Assembly: GCA_963708025.1 (NCBI GenBank)
Contig: CAVPSB010000034.1
Coordinates: 128,001-192,000 of the forward strand
Origin: an uncultured Candidatus Rokubacteria bacterium
GTDB taxonomy: Bacteria > Methylomirabilota > Methylomirabilia > Rokubacteriales > DASRDR01
Length of the DNA stretch: 64,000 nt
Direction: 5' to 3'
The translations under genes and the position numbers were made by a program. The notes below the pieces were generated by a model that was not told the origin of the DNA, searched no databases, and saw only the letters and a list, made by a program, of their open reading frames with translations. This document shows, piece after piece, positions 30,380 through 39,165 of the stretch; position 1 is the stretch's first letter; each line of letters opens with the position of its first letter.

Positions 30380-30610
30380 ATGTTCGGCTTCATGCTCGAT
30401 GAGACGGACAGCCCTGAGCGGGCGGGTCAGGCGGTGGCGTGCCGTTCGTGCCACATCCGGCTCGCGCCCCGCGCACCTCGCGTGGTGGACGGAGACACGT
30501 CGTACCACCGGGACTGCTTCGAGGCGGTGCACCGGAAGCGCACCGGGAAGCGCCCGACCCTGGTGTCCACCAGCCACGGCGATCGCTTCAGCTTCCGCCT
30601 GGCTGCCTGA
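30380..30610 (+). CDS. Small hypothetical protein with C-x2-C-x18-H-x2-C Zn-finger-like motif
   Basis: AAGGAGG SD before ATG 30380; CRSC...YHRDCF. Confidence 0.6.
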   Translation: MFGFMLDETDSPERAGQAVACRSCHIRLAPRAPRVVDGDTSYHRDCFEAVHRKRTGKRPTLVSTSHGDRFSFRLAA

Positions 30611-30743
30611 GAGCGACCTCGCCCATCGTAACCTCGCGGGCGACACCGTTCGCCCGCTTCCCGAGCCGGCGGGCCGGGCCGCCGACAGGCCGCCCGACTC
30701 GCCTGGCGATGACGAGATAACGGGGAGGGAAAGGAGTGACCAC

Positions 30744-30968
30744 GTGAATCGCGACACCCTGAAGGGGCAGTGGATGCAGATCAAGGGCAAGATCCGGGAG
30801 CAGTGGGGCAAGCTCACGGAAGACGACATCGACCAGATGCAGGGCAACGCCGAGCAGCTCATCGGGAAAATCCAGGAGCGCTATGGGCGGAGCCGCGAGC
30901 AGGCCGAGCAGGAAGTGAATCGCTGGCTCGGCCAGCAGGGCGGTGGCGTCGAGCGCAAGGCGTCCTAG
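30744..30968 (+). CDS. CsbD/YjbJ family stress protein
   Basis: AAGGAG SD; NRDTLKGQWMQIKGKIREQWGKLTEDD..GKIQERYG. Confidence 0.93.
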   Translation: MNRDTLKGQWMQIKGKIREQWGKLTEDDIDQMQGNAEQLIGKIQERYGRSREQAEQEVNRWLGQQGGGVERKAS

Positions 30969-30988
30969 CGCTCCGACTTCGCTGACCG

Positions 30989-31021
30989 GCGGCCGCGCGT
31001 CCCCTCGGGCGCGCGGCCGTT
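30989..31021 (+). terminator. GC hairpin after the CsbD gene
   Basis: CGGCCGCGCGTCC..GGGCGCGCGGCCG followed by only a short T run. Confidence 0.4.
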
Positions 31022-31348
31022 CGCGTCCTTGCGTGCCTGGATCGGTCCGCGTGCCTTGACCGGCCCGGAGGCTCGTGCTACCAAGTCCCTCGTGACGGGG
31101 ACGGCGGGGTCCGAGCCGTGGCGGCGCACCGGCGAGCTCGTCCGCGCCTTCAGCCGGAACTGGGACCTGTCGGGGCGGGCCGCGGAATTCGGCTCGTTCG
31201 ACTGGCCGGGCCCCTGACCGCCGGTCTCTCGGGCACCGCCCCTTCCGGCCCCCCCCTCCCCCCCGGTGGCTGCCGGAAGGACGGGACGTCGCGAGGGCCC
31301 GCAGGCCCGAGTCGTCCCGGGGATCCGGTCAAACGGAGGGGGGTTGGG

Positions 31349-31369
31349 GGGTAGGCGGGAGGTCCCGAA
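31349..31369 (+). repeat. Family-B 21-nt repeat
   Basis: GGGTAGGCGGGAGGTCCCGAA; near-identical copies on the minus strand at 37928 and 50761. Confidence 0.65.
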
Positions 31370-32137
31370 GTGACCACCGAGCGGACGCTCGAGGCGGCGC
31401 TGGAGGCGGCGAAGGCGGGCGGCGCCCTCGCCCTCCGGTACTTCGCCGGCGACTTCCAGGTCACCCTCAAGCCGGACCAGACGCCGGTGACGGAGGCCGA
31501 CCGCGAGGCGGAGCAGGCGATCGTCGGGCGTCTGCAGGCGGCCTTCCCCGAGATCGGGATCCTCGGCGAGGAGTACGGGGCCCAGGGCGCCCAGGGACGC
31601 CGCTGGATCATCGATCCGATCGACGGGACCAAGAACTTCATTCGTGGCATCCCGTACTGGGCGACGCTCATCGCGCTCGAGGAGGACGGGGAGGTGACCC
31701 TCGGCGTGGTGCACGCCCCGGCCACCGGGGATCTCCTGTGGGCGCAGCGAGGGGCCGGCGCCTTTGCCAACGGCCGGCCGCTCCGCGTGTCAACGATCGA
31801 CCGGCTGGCCGAGGCGACCCTGCTCCACTCGGGGCTGAGCTATCTCCGGCGCGTCCCGCCGTACTGGGACGGCTTCCTCCGGCTGGTGGACCGGAGCGGC
31901 CGCCAGCGGGGCTTCGGCGACTACCTCGGCTACACCTTCGTCCTGCGCGGCCAGGCGGAGCTGATGCTGGAGGCCGACCTCAAGCCCTGGGACCTGGCTC
32001 CCTTCAAGGTGCTGTTCGAGGAAGCCGGCGGCCGCTTCTCCGACTTCGAGGGCCGCCCGACGATCTATTCGGGCACCGCGCTGGCGTCTAACGGCCGGCT
32101 CCACGACGAGGCCCTGGCGCTGCTGGCCGGGCCCTGA
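31370..32137 (+). CDS. hisN: Histidinol-phosphatase / inositol monophosphatase family
   Basis: KPDQTPVTEADR, LGEEYG, WIIDPIDGTKNFIRG, RGFGDY, KPWDLA. Confidence 0.8.
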   Translation: MTTERTLEAALEAAKAGGALALRYFAGDFQVTLKPDQTPVTEADREAEQAIVGRLQAAFPEIGILGEEYGAQGAQGRRWIIDPIDGTKNFIRGIPYWATLIALEEDGEVTLGVVHAPATGDLLWAQRGAGAFANGRPLRVSTIDRLAEATLLHSGLSYLRRVPPYWDGFLRLVDRSGRQRGFGDYLGYTFVLRGQAELMLEADLKPWDLAPFKVLFEEAGGRFSDFEGRPTIYSGTALASNGRLHDEALALLAGP

Positions 32138-32141
32138 TCCG

Positions 32142-32951
32142 TCAGGTCCTCTGCAGGACGGGGGCGAAGTCGTCGGGGGACAGCCGGAGCGCGTCGGCGA
32201 TCTTGGTGAAGCCGTTGAACATCTGGGTGACCTGCAGCGCCTCCAGGATCCCCGCCTCGGACAGCCCGAGCCGGCGGACCTGGTGGAGGTGGAAGTCCAC
32301 CCCGTAGTCGGACTTCGCGGTCACCGACGCGGCGAGGGCCAGCAGCTCCTTGGTCAGCCGATCGAGGACGCCCGGCTCGAACGCGGCCCGGACCCCGGCC
32401 CAGAGATCGCGCGCGAAGCCGGGATCGTTGGCCATGACCCGGAGGACGGCCGGGGGCCGCTCCATCGCATAGAACGCGCAGGCGTCGTCGAACAGGGCCT
32501 GGACGTCGGGCGCGGCGCCGGCGGGGTCGATCAGCGCGACGAGCGGGCGTCGCTCCGGGCTCGGGCCGAAGTCGAGCGGGCACCGGACGCCATCGGCCAG
32601 GCTGTTCAGGTTGTTGGTCACGCCGATGACGAAGGCCAGCTCGTACCAGACCCGGTCGTCCGCGAATCCCTGCAGCTTCCCGGCTGCAGTGTGGGCGACC
32701 GTTCAGTACTCGCAGACGTTCATGGCCGAGACGGCGGCGGCGAGCAGCTCCTTCTGGCCCCGCGTCAGCACCCGATCCGGCATGGCGCGGCGCGAGGCGC
32801 GCATGATGCCGTCGCCGATCGCCGGGATGGAGCGGAGGACCAGGCTCATCTTGGGGACGAAGTCGATCCGGAACCAGCGCCGCGTGTTCTCGAAGATCTT
32901 CTGGTCCTCGGGCCCCAGCTCGTCGGGATCGGGGAGCCGCACGGTCTCCAT
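32142..32951 (-). CDS. Two-domain AhpD/CMD-like selenoprotein (269 aa, Sec83 at TGA 32703-32705)
   Basis: ORFs 32703-33074 and 32142-32621 are in the same frame. Read-through gives KELLAAAVSAMNVCEY-U-TVAH, the AhpD C-x-Y-C-x-x-x-H motif; a SECIS-like hairpin follows. Confidence 0.85.
32653..32701 (-). promoter_or_regulatory. Bacterial SECIS-like hairpin
   Basis: Upper stem CTGCAGC-CGGGAA-GCTGCAG starts 13 nt after the UGA; lower stem CGGTCG/CGACCG. Confidence 0.7.
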
Positions 32952-32976
32952 CGGAGTCCTCCTCTCGGAATCGCGC

Positions 32977-33681
32977 CTACCGCTTCGGGCCTTCGAGCAC
33001 GTGCACGGTGTACTGGGTCCGGATGTTCCGCTCGAGGCGCGGGTCAGCCAGCTCCAGCTCGTAAGCGTCGCCATAGATCAGCTCGCCGTCCAGCGTGGGC
33101 ACGGTTCCCGAGAACAGGAGGACCCCGGTCAGCTCGCGTCCGGCGTGGCGGCGGAGGCCGGGGAGCAGCCCGCCCGGCGCCAGCATCGACCCGAGGGTCG
33201 CCTCCTGGTAGAGGCGGCGCTTCCGGCCGCTCCGCACCCAGCAGCGCAGGATCAGCTCGTCCCAGTGCTCCTCCACCTCTGCCACCGGCCACACCGTGCC
33301 GGCCAGGATCTTCGGGCAGAGCTGCTTGGACGCCGGCACCGAGTGGCGCTCGAAGAAGCGATCGGTCTGGTCGCTCCCCACCGTCACCCAGGGGCCGCCG
33401 GGGCCGAAGAGCAGCACGAACTCGACCTCGCCCGAGGTGAAAGGTCCCTGGACCTCGGCCACGTCGCCGGCCGTGACCAGGTAGGAGGAGACGGAGAAGA
33501 AGATCGGGATCTCCTGGGGTCTCGAGATCCCCAGCCGCTCGAGCTCCTTGATGTGCCGCTCGACCTCGGCGCGGTCGCGGCTCACGTAGCCGCCGCACAC
33601 GACTCGGCGGACCGTGAACGGCAGGCGGTGGCGCCCTTCGCGCGACTCGACCTGGAGCACCAGCTCGGGCCGGGACGACAT
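32977..33681 (-). CDS. DUF2848 family protein
   Basis: GYVSRDRAEVERHIKELERLG, TSGEVE, VGSDQTDR, SKQLCPK. Confidence 0.88.
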   Translation of the reverse strand: MSSRPELVLQVESREGRHRLPFTVRRVVCGGYVSRDRAEVERHIKELERLGISRPQEIPIFFSVSSYLVTAGDVAEVQGPFTSGEVEFVLLFGPGGPWVTVGSDQTDRFFERHSVPASKQLCPKILAGTVWPVAEVEEHWDELILRCWVRSGRKRRLYQEATLGSMLAPGGLLPGLRRHAGRELTGVLLFSGTVPTLDGELIYGDAYELELADPRLERNIRTQYTVHVLEGPKR

Positions 33682-33852
33682 CCCGTCTCTCAGGGCTGGC
33701 GACACGCTGCGGGCGGCTGCGATTCCTCAGCCCGGTCCGGCCCGGCTTCTCGCAACCCGTTGACGTCCGGACTCGCGGCGATGACGTTCCGCTCCGAGCC
33801 GCGGCCCAAAGGCCGAAGGCCGTCCAACAGTCGCGGCCTCCGCGGGGGGGCC

Positions 33853-33881
33853 TCGGGGGGGTCTTCCGAGACCCCCCCGAA
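33853..33881 (-). repeat. Family-A 3' hairpin
   Basis: TTCGGGGGGGTCT-CGGA-AGACCCCCCCGA, 2 nt after the stop at 33884. Confidence 0.75.
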
Positions 33882-33883
33882 GC

Positions 33884-34636
33884 TCAAATCCAGCCGCCGG
33901 CGAACGGAATGACCTGACCGCAGAAGAAGTCGGCCTCGTTCGAGGCCAGGTACACCGCGAGGCGGGCCGATTCCTCCGACCGGGCCAGCCGCCCGGCCGG
34001 GACGTGCCGGACGATGCGGGCGAGCTTCTCGGGATCGGCGACGATGTCCGGCCCGAAGTACGTCGGGTTCTCGACGAAGTTCTGGGCGATCGCGTTCACC
34101 TGGATCCCGTGGCGCGCGACCTCCCGCCCGACCGCCCGGGTGAGGCCGTTGGTGCCGGCGCGGGCGGCGGTGTACGCCGCGTAGTTGGGCAGCCCCAGGA
34201 GGGCCACCGCCGAGGTGACGTTGACGATCTTGCCGTGCCCCTGGCGCTTCATGTGGCGGACCGCGGCGCGGAGCATGTAGAAGGGCTCGTCGAGGAGGTG
34301 CGCCATCAGCGAGCGCCACGCCTCGTCCGAGACGTCCTCCACCGGGCCGCCGACCGGCGCGTGGCTCGAGTTGTTGACCAGGACGTCGAGCCGCCCGAAC
34401 CGGTCCACCACGCTCCGCACGGCCCGGTTCGCCTCCACGGCCCGGGTCAGGTCTCCCGTCACCACGAGCGCCTCCCGACCGTAGGCGAGCGCCACGTCGA
34501 TCGCCGGCTTCGCGCGCGACTCGGTGCGGTCGTGAAGCGCGAGGATGGCGCCTTCCTTCGCGAACTCCTCGGCGCAGGCCGGCCCCATGAACTGGCTGAC
34601 GTTGGTGATGAGGGTGACCTTGCCGGTGAGCTTCAT
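33884..34636 (-). CDS. Halohydrin dehalogenase-like SDR-fold protein
   Basis: T-x4-F-x-G (TNVSQFMG) replaces the Gly-rich motif; S-x12-Y-x3-R triad; NAIAQNFVENPTYF. Confidence 0.8.
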   Translation of the reverse strand: MKLTGKVTLITNVSQFMGPACAEEFAKEGAILALHDRTESRAKPAIDVALAYGREALVVTGDLTRAVEANRAVRSVVDRFGRLDVLVNNSSHAPVGGPVEDVSDEAWRSLMAHLLDEPFYMLRAAVRHMKRQGHGKIVNVTSAVALLGLPNYAAYTAARAGTNGLTRAVGREVARHGIQVNAIAQNFVENPTYFGPDIVADPEKLARIVRHVPAGRLARSEESARLAVYLASNEADFFCGQVIPFAGGWI

Positions 34637-34783
34637 CGGGTCATCGTACCGGCAAAGACGGGCTCCACGCAATCGGCGCCCGACACCGGTGGCCACGGCC
34701 GCCTATAATGGACGTGGTCGCGCCGGGCCGCTCGGGTCCGGGCGGGCCGTGCCGCTCACCGGGCCCACCTGGAGGAGTCACAC

Positions 34784-35233
34784 ATGGACTGGCTGCTGTT
34801 CAGTTACCCGTCCTGGTCGACCCTCGTGATCCGCGTCGTGCTCGGCATCATCTTCTTCGCCCACGGCGCCCAGAAGGTGCTCGGCTGGTTCGGGGGCTAC
34901 GGGCTGAAGGGGACCGTGGGGTACCTGACCTCGACCGGGCTGCCGGTGCCGATCGCGTATCTGGTCTGCTTCTTCGAGTTCCTCGGCGGGATCGGGTTGA
35001 TCTTCGGCCTGCTCACGCGGCTGGACGCGCTGGCGATCGCCATCGTCATGGTCGGCGCCATCGTCAAGGTGCACTGGCAGCACGGCTTTTTCCTCAACTG
35101 GTCGCTCACCCCGGGGAAGGGCCACGGCTACGAGGGGAACCTCGCCTTCCTGGCGATGGCGGTGGCGTGCCTGATCGCCGGCGGCGGCAGGCTCTCGCTG
35201 GATCGGCTCATGCTCGGCCCGATGGCGCCGTAA
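34784..35233 (+). CDS. DoxX family membrane protein
   Basis: RVVLGIIFFAHGAQKVLGWFGGYG, GYEGNL, GGGRLSLD. Confidence 0.92.
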   Translation: MDWLLFSYPSWSTLVIRVVLGIIFFAHGAQKVLGWFGGYGLKGTVGYLTSTGLPVPIAYLVCFFEFLGGIGLIFGLLTRLDALAIAIVMVGAIVKVHWQHGFFLNWSLTPGKGHGYEGNLAFLAMAVACLIAGGGRLSLDRLMLGPMAP

Positions 35234-35363
35234 CAGCGCCGCGGCCCTATACTGACGGCGGTCGGCCGGGGCGGCTTGACGCGGGACAGGCGGCACCCGC
35301 CACCTAAGCGCCGGGGGTGGGGTGGCTCCGACCGAAACACCCCCACTACCTTTCCTCCGAGGT

Positions 35364-37733
35364 CTACCGTTGGCTGCCCTCGGGCGCCGGCTGCGGGGTC
35401 GGCCGCCCGAAGAAGTCGAAGAGGCGGCGGAAGAGGGTCTCGACCAGCTCGCCGGGGCCGTGGTCGGGGCAGGCCTCGCGCGGCTCGGTCCCTGACAGGA
35501 ACGCCTCCCGGAAGACGACCGGGCAGAAGCGGGTCGCCAGCTTGCCGTTCATGGTGTCCACCTCGCGGAAGGTGACCGAGGCCGGCACGGTGAACCCCTC
35601 GCTCGGGAGGACGGCCATCGCCGTCCGCATGAAGTCGGCCCAGATCGGCAGTGCCGCCTGGGCGCCCGACAGCTTGAGCACCTCCCGCTGGTCGAACCCG
35701 ACCCACACCAGCGTCACCAGCCGGGGCGTGTAGCCGACGAACCAGGCGTCGCGCCCGTCGTTGGTGGTGCCCGTCTTGCCCGCCACCACCCCCTCGACAC
35801 CGAGCGCGCGGGCGGCGGCCCCGGTCCCGCGATCCACCACCCCCCGCATCAGGTAGGTCAGGAGGAACGCCTCGTCGGCACGGGCGGCGGTCGCGCGGTC
35901 CGGTCCTGGCGCCTCCACCTGGCCCTCGGCGTCCACGATCGTCCGCACGGCGGTCGGGCTGACCCGCTCCCCTGAGTTGGCCAGCGTGGCGTAGCTGCCG
36001 ACCAGCTCCAGCGGCGTCACCTCGAAACTGCCCAGGGTCAGCGCCGGCACCGGCTGCATCGGGCTCGTGAACCCAACCTCCCGGGCGGTCCGGATGACCG
36101 CGTCGAGACCGATCTCGGACGCGATCCGGACCGTCGCCGCGTTGAGCGACTGCTCGAGGGCGCGCCGGAGCGTCACCGTCCCCTCGAAGCGGTTCTCGTA
36201 GTTGCGCGGGCTCCAGGTATCCTTCCCGACCTTGAGCGTCAGCGGCTCGTCCTGCACGAACGAGACGGGGGTGAAGCGGGGCGGCTCGCCGTTCCGCCCG
36301 GCCCGGAGGGCGGCCAGGTAGACGAACGGCTTGAAGGCCGAGCCGGGCTGCCGCCGGGCGTGGATGACGCGGTTGAACTGGCTCTGCGCGTACTCGCGGC
36401 CGCCGACCAGGGCGCGGATCTCGCCGGTGACCGGGTCGACCGCGATCAGCGCGGCCTGCAGCCGCTGGGTCGGCTCCAGCCGGCGGAGGTGCCGGTGGCG
36501 GCCCTCGATCCGGTCGAGCCCCCGGCTGACCACGGCCTCGGCCGCGCGCTGGAGCACCGGGTCGAGGGTCGTGTAGATGCGGAGCCCCCCGATGGCCGGC
36601 AGCCCGTTGTCCGACTGCGGCTGCTCGATCTGCGCCCGCACGTGGTCGAGGAAGTAGGGGCCGAGGAGTCGCGGCGCGGTGGCCGACCGGACGCGGACCC
36701 GCTCCTGGCTCGTCCTGGCGCGGGTCGCCTCGTCGATGAGGCCGAGGTCGCGCATGCGCCCGAGGATCACGTCGCGGCGCTCCTGCGCCCGCTCGGGGTT
36801 CAGGACCGGCGAGTAGGTGTTGGGAGCCCGCAGCATGCCGGCCAGGAGGGCGGCCTCGGCCAGGCTCACGCGCTCGACGTCCTTGCCCAGGTAGCTCCGG
36901 GCGGCGGCCCCGACACCGTAGAGCGCGGTGCTCCCGTGCTGGCCCAGGTAGATCGTGTTGAGGTACGCCTCGAGGATCTGCGGCTTCCCGTAGCGCCACT
37001 CGAGCATCAGGGCCAGCCCCGCCTCGCGGAGCTTGCGGTCCCAGGTCCGCTTCGGGGTCAGCAGGAGGTTCTTCACGAGCTGCTGGGTCAGGGTGCTCCC
37101 GCCCTGGGCGACCTCGCCCCGCTGCAGGTTCACCCACATCGCGCGCAGGACGGCCCGGGCGTCCACACCGCCGTGCTCGTAGAAGCGGTGGTCCTCGGCG
37201 GCGAGGATCGCGGTGAGGAGCGGCGGCGGGACGGCCGCCAGGCGGACGGGGCGGCGGAGCTGCCCGATGGTGTCGCCGAGACCGCTCAGCACCTCGGGCT
37301 CCAGCTCGATGCCGTCCATGCCGGCGCCGTCTGTCGGGTTGACGACCGCCGTGATCCGCTGCTCCTGGAGCGCCAGGCGCACGCGCAGGGCTGGGCGTCG
37401 GGCCCGGGGATCGTCGCGGGCGTTGAGGAAGATGTCCCAGGCCTCGGGGCCCTTGCGGTACTCGCCGGCCAGGCGGGGCTGGCTGCCGACTTCCTGGTAG
37501 CGCAGCCGGCGCAGCGTCCCGGCGAGGTCGGTCGCCTCGACCGACAGCCCCGCGGTGAGCGGCTGCCCGGCCGCGTAGATGAAGGAGGCCTGGTGGGCCC
37601 GCTCCAGGTCGAGCCCGGAAACGACCTGCCAGGCCCAGGCGGCGAAGATGGCGGCGGGGACGACCGTGAGGAGCGCGAGGGCCAGGGCCACCCGGCCCTT
37701 CCGCCGCCACACCGCCCGCCCGGCCCGGCCCAC
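35364..37733 (-). CDS. mrcB: Class A penicillin-binding protein (PBP1B-like)
   Basis: UB2H-like insert; EDHRFYEH, GGSTLTQQLVKN, RKLRE; SAFK, SLN, KTG. Confidence 0.85.
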   Translation of the reverse strand: MGRAGRAVWRRKGRVALALALLTVVPAAIFAAWAWQVVSGLDLERAHQASFIYAAGQPLTAGLSVEATDLAGTLRRLRYQEVGSQPRLAGEYRKGPEAWDIFLNARDDPRARRPALRVRLALQEQRITAVVNPTDGAGMDGIELEPEVLSGLGDTIGQLRRPVRLAAVPPPLLTAILAAEDHRFYEHGGVDARAVLRAMWVNLQRGEVAQGGSTLTQQLVKNLLLTPKRTWDRKLREAGLALMLEWRYGKPQILEAYLNTIYLGQHGSTALYGVGAAARSYLGKDVERVSLAEAALLAGMLRAPNTYSPVLNPERAQERRDVILGRMRDLGLIDEATRARTSQERVRVRSATAPRLLGPYFLDHVRAQIEQPQSDNGLPAIGGLRIYTTLDPVLQRAAEAVVSRGLDRIEGRHRHLRRLEPTQRLQAALIAVDPVTGEIRALVGGREYAQSQFNRVIHARRQPGSAFKPFVYLAALRAGRNGEPPRFTPVSFVQDEPLTLKVGKDTWSPRNYENRFEGTVTLRRALEQSLNAATVRIASEIGLDAVIRTAREVGFTSPMQPVPALTLGSFEVTPLELVGSYATLANSGERVSPTAVRTIVDAEGQVEAPGPDRATAARADEAFLLTYLMRGVVDRGTGAAARALGVEGVVAGKTGTTNDGRDAWFVGYTPRLVTLVWVGFDQREVLKLSGAQAALPIWADFMRTAMAVLPSEGFTVPASVTFREVDTMNGKLATRFCPVVFREAFLSGTEPREACPDHGPGELVETLFRRLFDFFGRPTPQPAPEGSQR

Positions 37734-37927
37734 GCCCCGACGGGCGGACCGGGCGGCCGTGCCGAGACGCCGGCGGGCCCGGCCGAGCCGCTCCGGCCAA
37801 TCACCGCGCGGAGCGCGGGCGCCGGGGTCAGGCGCGGGATCGAGTGGATTGCTCAGGATCGGGCCTCTCGCTGGGCAGCCGTCCCCCCGGGCCCGATCCG
37901 CTCAGGGCCGCCGGGCTGCCGTTGATG

Positions 37928-37948
37928 TTCGGGACCTCCCGCCCTCCC
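37928..37948 (-). repeat. Family-B 21-nt repeat
   Basis: TTCGGGACCTCCCGCCCTCCC on the plus strand. Confidence 0.55.
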
Positions 37949-38018
37949 CTCCCACCCGCCGAGGGGCAAGAGTGGTGCCGGATGACCCGAAGGGCTCCGG
38001 ATGCTTTCAGTATACGGG

Positions 38019-39161
38019 TCAGGCGGGGCGATAGGTGATGCGGTAGACGACACCCTGCCGGTCGTCGGAGACGAACAGGCTGCCGTCCGCTCCGACGGCC
38101 ACGTCCACGGGCCAGCCCCACCCGCGGCGCCCGGACAGCCAGCCGGTCGCGAAGTCCTCGGCGCGCGGCTCCCCCCCGTCCAGCCGGACCCGGATCACCT
38201 TGTGGCCGGTCGGCGTCGCGCGGTTCCAGGAGCCGTGGAGCGCGACGAAGAGGCTGCCCTGGTACTCCGGCGGGAACTGCCGGCCCGTGTAGAAGGCCAG
38301 GCCGAGCGGCGCCGCGTGGGCCTGGTAGAGGAGGCTCGGCCGCGCGACCCGCGGGCAGCGCGCCGGCGAGCCGAGGTCGGGATCGGCGGCCAGGCGACCG
38401 TCCATGTCCCAGTGGCAGTAGGGCCAGCCGTAGAAGCCACCGGGCTCCACGCGGGTCAGGTACTCGGCCGGGCGCTCGTCGCCGAGAAAGTCCCGGCCGT
38501 TGACGGTCGCCCACAGCTCGTCGGTCCCGGGCCGGAACGCGAGGCCCACCGCGTTGCGCAGGCCGCTCGCGACACGGACCTCGCCTGCGCCGTCCGCCTC
38601 GTACCGGGTGATGGCGGCGCGACGCGGGTCCGCTTCCTCGCAGTTGTTGCAGGAAGAGCCGACCGCGACGTACAGGCGCCCGTCCGGGCCGAAGGCGATG
38701 GTCCGGGTCCAGTGGCTGCCCCGGGCCGGCAGCCCGCCGACGACCACCGCCGGGGGCCCGGCGGCCCGGCGGGTGGCGGCGTCGTAGGGCAGGCGGACGA
38801 CACGGCCCGTCTCCGCGACGTAGAGCGCGCCCTCCCGGAAGGCGAGGCCGTGCGGCAGGCCGAGGCCCTCGACGACCGTGATCGCCCGATCGGCCCGCCC
38901 ATCGCCGTCGTCGTCGGGGAGGGCCAGGACCCGGCCGGTGCGGGGGACCGAGACGAGCAACGTCCCCCGGGGATCGACCGCCAGGAAGCGGGCCGGACCC
39001 AGGTCCCGGGCGAAGACGGCGATCGCGAAGCCGGGCGGGAGACGCAGCGAGGCCTGGTCGGAGGGGGGGGCCGGGGTGGGGTTGAAGGCCGAGCAGGCGA
39101 GGAGGACGAGCGCGACGAGCAGGGGCGCGCCGACGTGGAGGGCCGCCCGCCGTCGGGACAC
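38019..39161 (-). CDS. PQQ-dependent sugar/sorbosone dehydrogenase family lipoprotein
   Basis: HWTRTIAFGPDGRLYVAVGSSCN, GLRNAVG, YGWPYC, HAAPLG, HGSWNR. Confidence 0.9.
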   Translation of the reverse strand: MSRRRAALHVGAPLLVALVLLACSAFNPTPAPPSDQASLRLPPGFAIAVFARDLGPARFLAVDPRGTLLVSVPRTGRVLALPDDDGDGRADRAITVVEGLGLPHGLAFREGALYVAETGRVVRLPYDAATRRAAGPPAVVVGGLPARGSHWTRTIAFGPDGRLYVAVGSSCNNCEEADPRRAAITRYEADGAGEVRVASGLRNAVGLAFRPGTDELWATVNGRDFLGDERPAEYLTRVEPGGFYGWPYCHWDMDGRLAADPDLGSPARCPRVARPSLLYQAHAAPLGLAFYTGRQFPPEYQGSLFVALHGSWNRATPTGHKVIRVRLDGGEPRAEDFATGWLSGRRGWGWPVDVAVGADGSLFVSDDRQGVVYRITYRPA

Positions 39162-39165
39162 GGCG

